This document shows positions 37,785 to 50,637 of a DNA stretch of 64,000 nucleotides, in pieces. The first letter of the stretch is position 1, and every line of letters starts with the position of its first letter. The stretch is from Lobosporangium transversale (Eukaryota): NCBI RefSeq assembly GCF_002105155.1, contig NW_019028998.1, forward strand, positions 372,001 through 436,000, written 5' to 3'. The notes beneath the pieces were generated by a model. The model saw nothing but the letters and a program-made list of their open reading frames with translations. It had not been told where the DNA came from and did not search any database. The position numbers were made by a program, and so were the translations under genes.

Positions 37785-40059
37785 GTAAAGGATTTAAAGG
37801 TTACAAGATGTAGTCATGTAAACAAGCAAAAGAGACATACTTTCCAACAAGAGTACCATCTTGCTCAAACATAACTTTGAAAAGTTTCCAAATCAAAGCG
37901 CGGTGAGCATCAAAAGTATTTTCTTGGAGCTGGTTAAGCTCATTGATCTTGTCCTCAATCAACTTCAGAGCCTCTTTCCGCTTGTTCTTCAGCTGAACTG
38001 AGCTGTCATTCAATAGTGGTCCAGGGAAGTTGGCGATGGTAGGGTCGACTGGTACGATTTCGCCGAGCTGCTGAAGCTTGACCTCACGCTGAATCTGGGT
38101 TCCTTCATTAGCATGGCGTGGGTACCAAGTCATCACCTTGCCGCCGAACCCAAAAGCGATGATTGGACAACCCGCACTCCTATTTAACGGATCATCGATA
38201 CGTACTGGTTCAGGTTCCTGTGCTTGTGGCTCCTGTTCAGGCACAACTTGATGATACTGGCTGTAATCCTGACCAGGATAATACCCTGTAGAAGGATCAT
38301 ATTGCTGCTGCTGGTAGGCTTGGTAATCACCCTCGCTATACTGTTGGCCAGTCCATGGTTGGTCCTCTTGAACATACTCATGCTGGATATGCGCTTGCTC
38401 CTGTTGCACAGGCTGGTAGGGATCACCTTGGTTCTGTTCCAAAGGGTAAGAATTCATGCGATCCAAACCAGGCATGGGTGAGCTTTGACCAGAAATGAAC
38501 GCGGAACGGTGAGCCAGTAATGGGGTAGCTGCTCGACTTGCTGCCGCAATGGGCCGTCCGCATTCAGAGCAGAATTTGGCCTGGGGCTTATTCTCGCCAG
38601 AGCACTCTGAGAATGGGCACGGCTGGAGAGCAAGTTGCGTTGAACTGAACTGTGGCTGCTGATATGCACTGAGCTGAGGCGTTTGCTGCTGCCCCTGATG
38701 ATTGTTTCCAGGGATCATAGCTGCCGCTTGAGTTGCAGAAAGCAATGGTGTTTTAGGGGGAATATGAGCTGTATGAGGAGACGCAGGAGGTGGCCCTGTG
38801 AATGGTCCATGACGTGGGGTTGCAGGTGATGTCTTTCCAAATGGCGTATGCTGAAATTCTACTTGTCCTGGAGCAATTTGACCGGGTTGCTGGGTACTGT
38901 GAGGGCCAGGAGGGGCGTTTGGACTATACCGCTGAGTAGGATGACCCAGGACTGAAATTGGTACTTGCCTCAAAGGGCTTTGCTGCTGTTGCTGTTGGGA
39001 ATGTTGATGGTGCTGAAGAACACTCTGCTGCCGTTGATTAAGGAATGGTGGCGCTGAAGGGGTCTGCTGAGGCAGGGTTGCAGGTGTCAGCGACGGTCTC
39101 TTTTGCGGCATGGCTGGTGGAAGCGGTGGACGCCCCTTGGACTGTGAACCACCAGAAATAGGAGCATTCTGTTGATCCTGCTGGAATGGAATGGAGCCTG
39201 TTGTATTAGCTACAGGCGTAGGAGTGGCCCTATTCACGTTTGGTGAAGTAATTGGTGCCGAGGATTGTTGGCTCGCGTTCGCAAACAAATCCGACACGTT
39301 GCCAGAAGGGTCAGCCTGGTGTTCCATTTGAGGGAATGATGTGCTGGCATAACCCTGAGAGAACACGTCGGCCACAACAGGGTGATGTGGGTGTCGTTGG
39401 AATAGCTGCTGTTGCTGCTGTTGTTGTGGCTGCTGATACTGTTGCTGTTGTGATGGATAGCCCTGCTGCAATGACTGTTGAGACGGCACTCTATGTTGCT
39501 GTTGTTGTTGATGTTGTTGGTGCTGCTGTTGGTGCTGTTGTTGGTGCTGGTTGTTGAAAAAGGTTTGAGCAGCATATCCTTGAGGCTTAGGTGGACCTTG
39601 TGTCAGTTGGCGATTGGATGTTGGCGGGCTTGCAAACAAGTCAGCAGCTGGAGTCAGTTCAGAGGCGGTTGGTTGCTGCTGAGCGGGCGCGAATGGTTGC
39701 TGTTGTTGTTGGCTTTTCTGAAATGGCATTTGCTGCTGGTGCTGCTGGTGCTGGTGCTGGTGTGGGTGTGGGTGTGGGTGTTGTGGCTGTGGCTGTGGCT
39801 GTGGCTGTTGTTGCTGTTGCTGTTGCTGATATGGCTGTTGATATTGTTGAGGATGCCTATGAAACTGAGGTGGTCTCGGATGCTGCTGCTGCATTGGTTG
39901 CGGCGGGGGTACGCCTGGCCTACGAGCAGGAGGTGCACCCCCTCCAGCTCCGCTACCACTACCGAAGAATGGGATTGGACCATCCTCGACAGGTGGGGCT
40001 TGTTGGGAGCCCTGGTACTGTGGGCGTGTATGCTGCTGTGGACGATACGGCAGCGACAT
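34076..40059 (-). CDS. SEC16: COPII/ER exit site scaffold Sec16, 5 exons
   Basis: CPIIAFGFGGK, FPGPLL, KLWGHALVIS, QWRDTLILILSN, IEAAHICYLLS, TEIYEF, LQPYKLLY; C-terminal ANLGEESSFYFDKELKKWVNK and ARAKYVDVL. Confidence 0.95.
34990..35495 (-). repeat. Coding 15-bp tandem repeat encoding (QQGDY)n inside SEC16
   Basis: Roughly 30 degenerate pentapeptide units in the translation of ORF 34534..36474. Confidence 0.9.
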
Positions 40060-41971
40060 CCTGTCTCACTGTTAAAGATGAGCCCTGAAGCTTAAAGTAA
40101 AAAAGACAGATGGGCAGAGGAGAAGGGAAGAAGGAGATGAGAAGGAAGAGGGAAAGGAGATGAAGGTGAGATTAGTGAAGGAAGAAAAGAAGATGTGACA
40201 AAAAGGATGAGGAACGGTTTCTTATTCTGATAACACTCAACAGAGAGTGGGGAAACGCGACAATATTCTTGTGTGTAACACAAAAACGGATCATATACAG
40301 CTCAAATTACGTTAACATGCCTAACGAAGGCTTAAATCCATGCAGTATTTCTGCAAGGGAAGCTCCCTACACTTAGAAAGATGAGTATCACCCAGATCGC
40401 TATTTGATAATGAAGAGGCGGCTGTAGAGTATATAAATCAGACAGTGGCTCTAGCTTCAGTAGAGATCAATGTTGTTGTAATTAGCGGCCATTTATATGG
40501 GTTTTTACTATAGTTAAGCTTTTCCTCTTTTTATTTAATGAAGTTCCCAGGATCAGAATAAACACACCTTTATTTTTTATGATCCTGAGAAATTTCAGGT
40601 CGCGCTTTTATTCCCTCCTTCCGACCTAAGGAGAAACGGTGGTATCCAAGTATAATGCAGCGGCTTGAATGCTGTATATGTACCACCCTAGGGCCTGTTA
40701 ACGATATATGAACAACTTATCGTCCCATAAAATTGGATCTTGCGTTTTTTCGCATGCCAGTTTGAAACATTTGTTCGTTGTTGATATTCAAGAGCTCCAT
40801 ACCGCGTTCGGCATTTCAAATACGCGGTAGCTGTCATTGGATCTTTTAGAATAGCTTCATTACTCCTTCACGATTTTTCTGCACTATGTTATTGCAAAAT
40901 AAGAGTTCATCATGTCCGGTCTACTGTGATCATTTTGTGGATGCGACGCTGTCCTCATTCCTCTATTATGGATAGGGAAGTGGTCCCTGCTGTTGACTGG
41001 GTTAGACTGGGAGGCAAAATATTTAATATCTTTATAGTTCTTGCTAGCTGCTGCATGTCAATTGTCTGTAGCCACGTTGATCCCAACGACTTTATTGATC
41101 AGTCACCATACTATCCGCTAGCTGATGAGTCATAAGTAAGTAATTGAATGTCTTGAATCAGCTACGAACAAACTCTTATCATCCTATGCTCTCGAGCAAC
41201 GTAGGAGTGGGGCCGGGATAAATAAAGCGGCTTCTGAACAGACAAAGAAAGTAAAGTTTACTGATCACTTGCTGATTAAACATGTTATGTCATGCCTTTA
41301 CTCCTGGCTCTCGTATGACCACAACCATAAATACCTATAGTTTTAGGGGCCTCATTTTCTATCATTTGGTTGTTTATTTCTAGTCTACTCTTAATTTATT
41401 CCTTCTCAGTTTATATTCTCCTTCATGAATAATAATAATAAAAAAAAAAAAAAGCAAGCTTGCTGTCAAGATGTGTAAATGTAGATGATATCTATATTTC
41501 GGTGATATATTGGCTACCTATGCCAGATAGCTCCTCATGAACCCTCTTGTTCTAGCCACCTTTATTGTACTTGCTCCTACTTGAACCCCCTCTATTGTAA
41601 GAAGATGCAAATGTCTCCAGCCAAAGCAAAGCAAAAAAAGATTGTAAGGAAAAGATCCAGTCTGGTAAAAGACTTTGCTTGGAGGATTGATATCGTTCAT
41701 TAAACAGGGAATAGAAAGAATCAGCTTGAGTACTGTTTCGCATCTTTGCTGGAAGTTATACTGCATTATTGAGAGGTAGGAGTATCATCGAACTCGCTGT
41801 GAGCCTCTTGAAGGTGCGATGGCATTCATTAGCAAAATGGAGGCATTTTTTCAATAGTGTAGTATGTAAACCACTTAATAGAAATCCATGTACTTTATTA
41901 CACACCTCCCTGCTTTCGACTACCTATAACGGTATTGCAGCCATTTACTCCAATGTGATAAATAAACTGGA

Positions 41972-43332
41972 CTAGAAAATAACATCCTCGTCCCCGTCTC
42001 CCAGTAAATCGCCTGAGTCTGCAAATGATGGATCTGCAACTGTACTGCTTCCAACTTTGGTAGCCTGCATGCCTATCGTAGCCATTGTCAACAAGATATA
42101 TTCATGTTAAAACCTCGCGTAAATAATAAAATATATATATAAAGAATCAGCGCCTTGCCTTCTTCAGCTTGTCTAGCTTCTCTTTCCAGGGTATCACGGG
42201 CTGCAGCCTCTTTCTTCTTGCCTTGGACTTTCTTCAGTCTGAACAATTATAGGGGGAAGAAGAAAAAAAAAACAGGTTAATTGAAGTTTAAATATGTTTT
42301 CAACTTGACTCCTGAGAAATGTTGCGTTTCACATATTACCTGAAGAATTCCTCACGGTCCTGCTCGTCCAGTTCCGAGATAATAAACTTGATCGTATTCT
42401 CATAGCGGGGAATAATGATGTGTTCAATTGCATTAACGCGACGGTTGGTCAACTTGATCACTTCATCCAAAATAACAAATGCAGTCTTATTATAGTCAAT
42501 CAGAAGTGCCAATAAATTAAAAAAAAAAAAAAAAAAAAAAAAGTCAGGTTGTTTCTTTTTTTTTTAGGGAGATGAAGCTCCATGGATCGGGAAAAAAAAA
42601 GAAAAAAAAAGAAAAAAAAAAATACCTGCAGCGATGCCAATTCGACTAATGTTTCGACAGCCTTGATATATGTATCTTTGCATTTCTGAACCTGCTGTCC
42701 ACCACGACCAAGACCCGTAAGTTCATTGGCTGGAGGAAAAAAAAAAATCTCTTTATCATTAGTATGCTTTCCTTTTTTTTCAGACATTGGTGGTCCATAT
42801 GTAATCTGTCCCCATTACCATTTGTTCCCTCCTGATAACTTTCAAAGGCAGGAAGCATGACACCGGAGACATTCTCCTGCTTTGCACGGACACGAAACTG
42901 AGCATTCTTCACACTCTCCTGAACTTGATAACCGATATCTCCAGTGATGTACGTGACCTCCGCCAAGGAGAACGAGGCAACCTGCATGACCCTGCCCATT
43001 AAACGTTTGGCCTGAAAAAACAAATAAATAAAAATTATCATTCCAAAAACATAGAATGTCAGTTTAAGGACAGAATCTCGAAAACGCTTGGATCATACAT
43101 CGAGCCTACAATGGTTAATAAGGATATGGATGGGATAGTCATAATAACATCAACAGCAACAACAAAAGGCGTGCTTTATTGAGATAGAGCATACGTCGTC
43201 GATTTTCTTGACAATTTCTCGGAATCGTTTTGTTAGAGCTTCACTCTTGCGCTTTAGTAAACTGTGCCCTGTCTGAGCGCCTTTAAGCTTCTGCTTCATA
43301 ACACTCAGTGTCCTGTATCGTATATTATTTGA

Positions 43333-43368
<36 letters not shown>

Positions 43369-43520
43369 GGTAGAAGAATTAATTTATATTTCTAATGGAT
43401 GCAGTAGTCGTGTCATTTTTCGTTTTACTATTTTAGAATGAATATGCGAATGAAAGTTTTCTTTCTTTTTTTTTACATTCGTGTTGGGAAGACAGCCAAT
43501 CGGTTGTTTGTACCAGACAT
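41972..43520 (-). CDS. VMA8: V-type H+-ATPase subunit D
   Basis: [64 protein letters not shown]...[19 protein letters not shown]...[22 protein letters not shown]...DEQDREEFF; ends EDVIF*. Confidence 0.96.
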
Positions 43521-43565
43521 GGTGTAATATGTGAAGGATGGTGCGAAGAAAAAAAAAAAGCGAGT

Positions 43566-43607
<42 letters not shown>

Positions 43608-43829
43608 CTGACCAACGACCTTGTGATGCATCCTATTTTTTTTTTATTTTCGAGTGACGTCTGCCGCCCGCGATCTAGGGAAGTCGTGTTTATCTAGACG
43701 ACGCGTAGCATATTGTATCTTTCTCTTACTGTTTGAAAATGTGTAAACGCGCAACTATGATACATAGCACTAAGCAACAAGAAACAACAAATACGCTGTT
43801 CCTAGTTGATTCTCTCTTTATTTAGAAAA

Positions 43830-45578
43830 TCACAGTGAATTGATAGGATGAGGCACTCTGGGTTCTTCACCTTCTTCATCATAGTCAACATCTGGATCTA
43901 CTCCATCCTCTTCTTCCTCTTCTCCTTTTGACCCACTATCACTGGAGTCCTCTTCGTCTTCGTCACCTTCACTCCTATCCAACCCTTCGTCCTCGTCCTC
44001 ATCCTCTTCATTTTCTTCAACATCATCTTCACTAATAGCCGAACTGGATGATTGGGATTCATCTCGTACTGGAGCCCGCCGAGAGGATGATCCTCTAAAA
44101 TCTGTTACTCTAGTTGGTGGGGGGACCGAGAGTGGAGCCCGAGATGCTGGGACACTCAGATGTTTAAACTTCCTTGGTTTGCGTCCAAATATAAAGTGAG
44201 GCGATCCCGCACCAGTAACACTACTGCCTTCGTCCAATGTTTGATAAATCAAGTCTGAGGTGTCTGTTTCAGTAGAGACTTGCTTATCAAATTTGCGTAC
44301 AAATATCCTTGGGTGTACAAACTTGGCATTGTATTCTCTTTGGACCTCTCCAAAAAGGATTTGTTTGTCCTAGAAAAGCATTTGTCACTAAAAGTTAACA
44401 AAAAAAATTTTTTTTTATAAAAAGGAAAACCATACTTGACCTCACCTTAACATATGATTGATACACAGACACAAGAAAATGCACTTGTAACGCGACTATG
44501 ATCGAAAGTGGAAAGAACATATGGAAGTTTTCACCATCCATGAATATCAGAATAAGTACTTGTGCAGGCGAATACCAACTAGTAAAAAAAAGCATTTAAA
44601 AGATTAATTTAACTCTGCGGATCAAATTGTACAGTGTCTTATCAATGTGATCATTCTTACCAGAAAAGGTTGCGACTTAAAATGGAGGGATTCCAAACAG
44701 ACATTTCCCAAACTTGGCGCTTGTTATCCTGAGGTTTGGATCCTTTCATAAATGGTGAAATGAAAGGATAACTAGAAATCAAGGGAAGAGCAAACATGTA
44801 TTTGAATCCCCTTGTCAGTCTTTATTGGTGGTTTGGATGTCTCAATAAAAAAAACCGCTAGGGCTGCTTACATATATTTTCCAGGAAATTTGAATGACCA
44901 ATGTGCCTCATCCTGCTGAACCTCTACCATCTTGACATTTGAAGCCGATGGCCGTTCGTCCACATCCCTTTCCAACATCTTGTAATTTTTTTTGCTTTGG
45001 AACAGCCAAATTGTATTGATGAAGCTGATAGCCACTAAAATGTACTGTAACCATGCCAACTTTATGGATTTGATGATCATAACAAATATTAGAAAACGAT
45101 AACCTAGATTATCCATGTCCACCCAAGTGTCATGTCAAGATGACCCATAATGTGTTTTCTTACAATATTTGCGAATGTTGGTCGCAATGACTTTGGATAG
45201 TATGTGCGATCGTCCCTCAACACTGTAGGCGTGTTAGCTAGAGGATCATCCAACCAGTACCCCATCCTAACCGAGATTAGCAACATGTTCAGCGATATTG
45301 CTAAAGGCCAGCTTTTGATGCAATCAATACGATACCAACGTCAGTATGAGTGAGAGGACTCACGCAAATACATTCATATAAAATCAAAGAAAAAAAAAAA
45401 AAAAAAAAAAAAAAGTTGCCTCCAAGGCTATTTCGCACCTGAATCCTTCTTGAAGCATGTCCCAGTCCAAGGCTCGAATGTCGTTTCCGACTTTCATCAT
45501 CCAGTCATCGGGTCCATTAATTATTCTTTTATAAAGTGGTGCTCGCCTTACAATGCGAGGTCTCCTGTTTTGCTCCAT
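43830..45578 (-). CDS. Nuclear rim protein Nur1/Mug154-like (DUF2418), multi-exon
   Basis: RRAPLYKRII...DWD, TM segments, YSPAQVLIL, DKQILFGEVQREYNAKFVHPRIF...DKQVST, acidic tail. Confidence 0.75.
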
Positions 45579-45717
45579 GTTTGTTCTATTTGGTTGTTCT
45601 TGCTGATGAGATTCTCCTTGCCAAAAAGTCGTAAACTAATTTATTTTTCAAGATTTTAAATTGAATAAAATACTCCCATTTTTAAACACCGAAAAAGTAC
45701 GTACAAAACTCAAAATT

Positions 45718-47448
45718 TTAATTTTTTCGAAAGCGTTTTCTATTATCAATGAGACGCTCCTCCTCAGACTCACTATCCTCCACTAAATTTAATACGGTTC
45801 CAACATCTTGGACAAGATCCTCTATCTCAGACTCTAGGGTAACGGCATCGGCTTCATCTTGGTTCACTACTCTATCAAGTTCCATGTCCCACTCGTAGCT
45901 GTCCACTCTAATCGTGTCTTCCAAGTCCTCAACAGTCTCCTGTTCATCAGTGGCCTCTTGATAAACTTCTTGATCAAAGGTTTCTGCTTGTACACGACCT
46001 CTCTCATTGTAGTACCTCATACCAATTTTCACAGATTTTTTCCATACAGAGTAGAAGACTCTACAAGGAATCTGGGCAAACAAGCTGAGTAGCCTTTTCT
46101 TAAGTAACAAGGCTGTCATTGTCGTCCTTGCTTCTGAAGCGATTATATTTTTCACGACAGCCCAGATCTTTTCAATAGGCTGTAGCTCGCAATGGTACGG
46201 TGGGATCTTGAGTATTTCATGACCGCCGTTCTCCTGGGCAATCCTGCTGACAGAAAAATACGACTCGTCAGGAATTGCGCTAATCAATCCCATAAGCTCG
46301 TCTTTATTTAATGCTTTTCCATCTTCCCTCGTTGGAATAGCAATATTTTTATCCGCAAGCCATGCTTTGATAGTCGCCACAGTGTCTCTCTTAGTCGGCT
46401 TTTTATTTTCCTTGTGGAAATGATATGAAGCGCCATCATGATGGATTTGGCAAGGTCCAAGTCCCATCTGGTTGAGATTCTCACAAAGTCGTTTAAATAT
46501 ACTATCAAATATATTGGCATTGAAATTCCCATGATAGTCGTGATCCGTGGCTACAACTCCTGCGTCCCTGATCTCTACTGGCACATCGGCCCACAGCTCA
46601 GCCTCCTGTTCTTGGCCTTTCTTCGATTGAGGCTTTGGCCCTTTAGCTGGCCAGACATACACGCTGTCCCTGACAAATTTGCCCTCGACTTTTTTCATGG
46701 CTTCATCATAGTACACAACGAATGCCGCGAATATAACCACCATTGGTTTCCTTCCCGCGTCGTTAACAACGCCACCACGCCTTTGGACCCAACGTCTTGC
46801 TGCAGCATGGTCAATGTGGCAATAGGATTCATCAAGGAAGACCTCTGGCATTTTAGGCACCCAATTTCTGTCAATAAATCTTAAATTCTTGAGGCACCGC
46901 TCAAGGTAAGTTGCCCGGAATGCGACATTCTTCTTGGAGTCATGCAGGAAGTTCTGTCTAACCCCTTTACCCCAATACAAGCCCATTTTATGAAGATCGC
47001 GAGTGATTGACCTCGCTGATCTGCCGATTCCATAGTCTTCTTTAAGTTGGTTAGCGACTATTGCCGCCGAATTAGGGGTCCCAGCCTTGTTTGATTCTAC
47101 TATGATAGACATCACCTTTGAGCTTACATTCTGATCCATTTCTTTCTTTGGGCGTCCAGTTCTTCCACGCTCAGTTCTCTTACATCCCGTTCTTCCACGA
47201 TCTTTGATATCGAGGATGCCTGTGGTAGCAAGTTTAATTGCTGTCAAACAAGCGTTCCTCCCTACACTCGTCAGAGCCGATAAATTGTCCGCTCTATCGG
47301 GAGTTTTCATAAACCACTCTCGAACCGCTTGTGGTGTCTCCTCCGCGGTTATAGCTTTAAAGATATGCGCTATCATAACGTATTCATTACGTGTTATGGT
47401 CGCTTTACTGCGAGTAATTTCATCAGTGTCCTTCTGCTCGTTCGACAA
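45718..47448 (-). CDS. DDE transposase, IS630-Tc1-mariner superfamily (DD87E)
   Basis: HTH-like region (IVANQLKEDYGIGRSARSITRDLHKMG) and catalytic VFLDESY, HHDGASYH, PPYHCELQPIE. The frame stays open upstream to about 47600, so the true start is unresolved. Confidence 0.9.
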   Translation of the reverse strand: MSNEQKDTDEITRSKATITRNEYVMIAHIFKAITAEETPQAVREWFMKTPDRADNLSALTSVGRNACLTAIKLATTGILDIKDRGRTGCKRTERGRTGRPKKEMDQNVSSKVMSIIVESNKAGTPNSAAIVANQLKEDYGIGRSARSITRDLHKMGLYWGKGVRQNFLHDSKKNVAFRATYLERCLKNLRFIDRNWVPKMPEVFLDESYCHIDHAAARRWVQRRGGVVNDAGRKPMVVIFAAFVVYYDEAMKKVEGKFVRDSVYVWPAKGPKPQSKKGQEQEAELWADVPVEIRDAGVVATDHDYHGNFNANIFDSIFKRLCENLNQMGLGPCQIHHDGASYHFHKENKKPTKRDTVATIKAWLADKNIAIPTREDGKALNKDELMGLISAIPDESYFSVSRIAQENGGHEILKIPPYHCELQPIEKIWAVVKNIIASEARTTMTALLLKKRLLSLFAQIPCRVFYSVWKKSVKIGMRYYNERGRVQAETFDQEVYQEATDEQETVEDLEDTIRVDSYEWDMELDRVVNQDEADAVTLESEIEDLVQDVGTVLNLVEDSESEEERLIDNRKRFRKN

Positions 47449-47711
47449 GAATGGGTTTGAATCGGCGGAAATGGAAGACTGCCTGGCTTCTTTCTTTGAA
47501 GAAACACCCTTGGTCCTACGTCTAGGAGGAGTGATCCACCGATATTGTGTGGGATCTTTGAGGTGATCTTCGGGGTGGAGTTGCTGATGTTCCTGAAAAC
47601 CTTAGATCGATAGGGCCTAGCTCGTTATACAGATCACCTGTCATCATATGCGGGCAAGTTATGGGTTTCAGGAGGGAAAGACATTTTACTCCTTGATAGA
47701 TGAGAATATGA

Positions 47712-47757
47712 ATGAGGATGAGGATGAGGATGAGGATGAGGATGAGGATGAGGATGA
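47712..47757 (+). repeat. (ATGAGG)7 microsatellite inside the transposon 5' region
   Basis: Read directly. Confidence 0.85.
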
Positions 47758-48368
47758 AGAATGAGTGATAGTATTGATCAATAGTAATCCATATATTTTT
47801 TTAAATAAGCTCTATTGATTTAAAATATTTGTACGTAAATTTCTTATTTCTCAGAGCTCAATTCAAATTGAGTATTTTAAAAATATATTAGTTTACGACT
47901 TTTTGGCGAGGATGGTTGGTAAATTTTATTCCTGATCGCGTCACTGTAGAGCTTAAGTCCTTCAATATAATTGAAATTCTACATTCGCATTCCCTTCTCC
48001 CTCTTGATCTTGCATGTTGACAATGTAACTGCCGTAACGGATTCGGCCGTCAACAATGTCTCTTCTACTGCAATGTCAATAAAGGATATATGCTGAACAA
48101 ATAGCTGTAGCGTCTCTTTGCTTTCTGTACATCTCTCTATGCCGGTACATTTTGCATCGCGGCGTTTTAAGGCAATTTGTATCGAAGACACAGGCATTTT
48201 CCAAAGGAGCCTCCAGAAGAAATAAACAGACAATCCTCGCCTTCGCTACGACCAACAAATCCCTAGTAGTTTTCCTCTCTTTTCATGAAATATAAGAAAA
48301 GTTCATTTTTGTTTATTCGATTAAATTAAATGAGAATCCATTGACAAGCGGGGCGGACTGTACTTCAT

Positions 48369-50637
48369 TCATGCCTCCACTATACCCTTCCTGCGCTTAA
48401 CTTCCCCCCCCTCCACGGATTCCCGGCCCCTGCGTCTGACCACCCCCTCCCCGGACCGAATTCTCATCACCATATTCCGATAAGGCGTATCCAACGTCGG
48501 AAATGCACTACTGTCTCCAATGTGCTCCTGTCGCTTTTGCTTTAAGCGCTTGCTGGTAAGTCGAACCAATGATTGAATCTGGAATAGCCGGAAGAAAAAC
48601 AGCTGATCAACCGACTTAAGCTCAGATAAACAGATCGGCATTTTGAGGTCTGAGATCCTCGCATGGATGACAGTATTGCCAATCCTTGCGCCAAGGAAAA
48701 ATACTATGTCGTTGCCGATAGACTGAAAGCTTATAAGTGGCAGTTCCTCTTCTAGTTCTGGAAGTAGGTTGTCGAGGCTGTCTTTTGTGAAGACTGCAAT
48801 TCTGAGGGTATCGGCATTCTTCAGCTGCGTCGAAGGGTGCATGCCCTTGAGTTCTCCATAGTATGCTTCATGTCCCTCCTCCGTACGGCCCACAATGTCG
48901 GGGTGCCTAGCTTGTCCACCCTGACCCAAGACAGTTTTCCTGCTCTTGCCCGCAGTCGACATAGCGTTAAGGCTGTTGAAAAGAAATAGCGACAATTAAA
49001 CTAAGGAAGATCAACTCATATATCATATGATATATCGACAATCAGCCAGGGACATTACCATTTGAATTGGACATGGCCTGTAACGTTCATAAACTCACGT
49101 AAAATTGGCGAGATGACTGACAACATGGCATCACTTTCACTTTCAATCTTACTCCATGTGTTATAGTTTCGAAACACATATAGGGCCACAAACAAGATAG
49201 GCAATATATCTTTTTCTTGGCATGCATGGTATGATTCCATTATCAAGTCAACGACTGGCCCGACATCCACCTCGACCTCCTTGGCGTCTCCAAGTTCCTT
49301 AGAGAGGCAGCTCAAGAGATGCATCGATCCCCATTTCTACGTAGTCGGTTAGTATTCTCTTTCAGCTCGAAACAAAGCAAATAAGCAAACAAGAAGTCCT
49401 CAGCTATAACTACAAACCTGGACCCACGTGCCCCATAGTGCAGCTGCCTCGATTGAGCGCTCTACATCCTTCTCTTTTTGCTGGTTGCTATAGAACCGAT
49501 GGAGGACATCATTTGTAATAACGGTAATCTCATTAGCTTGGAACCCAACATGCGCTTTGTTAAGATGCAAGACACCAGAGAGTAGCCTAGATTGATAAAT
49601 TATATACTGATTAGTTTGTATGATTCCGCTCAAACGTGAATTTTATTTGCTTGGATCAAGCTCCTTACGCAATCTCGTCTACTTGTTCGTAGCCCAAAGA
49701 TGTTTTCTCCTTGATTTTGTTGTAGGACTCAGTTATCTGAGGTCCCCAGTCTTTCGACAGTGGGAGACTGAACGTGAATTCCGGCCGCTCCTTGATCCAT
49801 GACATATCTCCACAAGGTCGTCCAAATACTTCATCCTTATCTCCGTTATCTCTATCAAAAACCTCTTCACCATCAGCCTCATTCTCTTCATATTCATCGT
49901 CGCTGCTATTAAAGACTGGACGGGGCGGAGGCGACAGTGTTGGTGATGAAGAGCCCGACCCTAATGGCGGCGTGTGAACAGCTGAAAATGACGGGCGAGG
50001 GCCTGGAGACACAACGACGCGGCGTTGATTGTCCCTATTGGCAGATCCTGATGTATGTAATAAGGTTGCCTGGGCTACTGATTTAGAAATATCAACCGTT
50101 AGAGCTTAGATTTTCCGTAGTAATCTAGCATTCACTGTATTTATACGCACCTTTCTGTCCTCCTAGTTCGACTTCCGTCTGATTGGCATGTGAGGTCAAA
50201 TTGCGGCTTGGAGGCAGGGCCTCAACACCCTGTAAGGACATCTTTAATGCCAGTGCTCCTGTCTTGATGTCGGTCAACACTTGAAGGTTTGCAAGGTTGT
50301 CTTTGGCCGCCAATGTCTTGGCAATCTTCTTTTGCTCAATATCTTGCCAAAATACCTTGATTTGGCCACTCGTTTCGTTGTCCTTCGTCTGCTTCCGAAG
50401 GCGAGTGCCGAGATTTCGGAGCACCATGTCCCGATGGCGGATGAGCCAACTCAACATGTCGGTCCACCACTCTTCCATGCCCTGTTGATGTTCAGGTTGA
50501 GGTTGCGCTTCTCGGAAAAGATCCATCTGCTGAAAGTGGGAAGGATCCTCTAGGTTTATAATGTATAATGAGACGAGGGATGCATTGACGGGACACTTCT
50601 TAGCCCAAGTGATTAGTGCGCTGTTCCAATTGGCCAT
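48369..50637 (-). CDS. Intact 5-exon gene for a lineage-specific protein with a C-terminal PD-(D/E)xK restriction-endonuclease-like domain
   Basis: All four GT-AG junctions are phase-compatible (phases 1, 2, 0, 2). C-terminal RHPDIVG...YYGELKG...DTLRIAVFTKDSLD fits a PD...ExK catalytic motif. Confidence 0.7.

Larger units (their letters stand above)
45615..47912 (-). mobile_element. IS630-Tc1-mariner DNA transposon (Sailor-like long DDE spacing) with terminal inverted repeats
   Basis: TIRs at 45615-45648 and 47879-47912 (TCCTYGCCAAAAAGTCGTAAACTAATWTATTTTT, 32/34 identical), plus a subterminal inverted TACGTACAAA at 45698 and 47828-47837. They enclose the transposase ORF. No TA target duplication visible. 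Confidence 0.88.

Noticed and set aside
39234..40095. Poly-Leu/Val/Ala ORFs on both strands
   Set aside because: Shadows of the CAG/CAA-rich SEC16 N-terminus.
40300..41900. Intergenic DNA with coding-like patches and a small hairpin CAGGATCA...TGATCCTG near 40548-40587
   Set aside because: No continuous frame or recognisable motif, and the 8-bp inverted repeat is too short to call.
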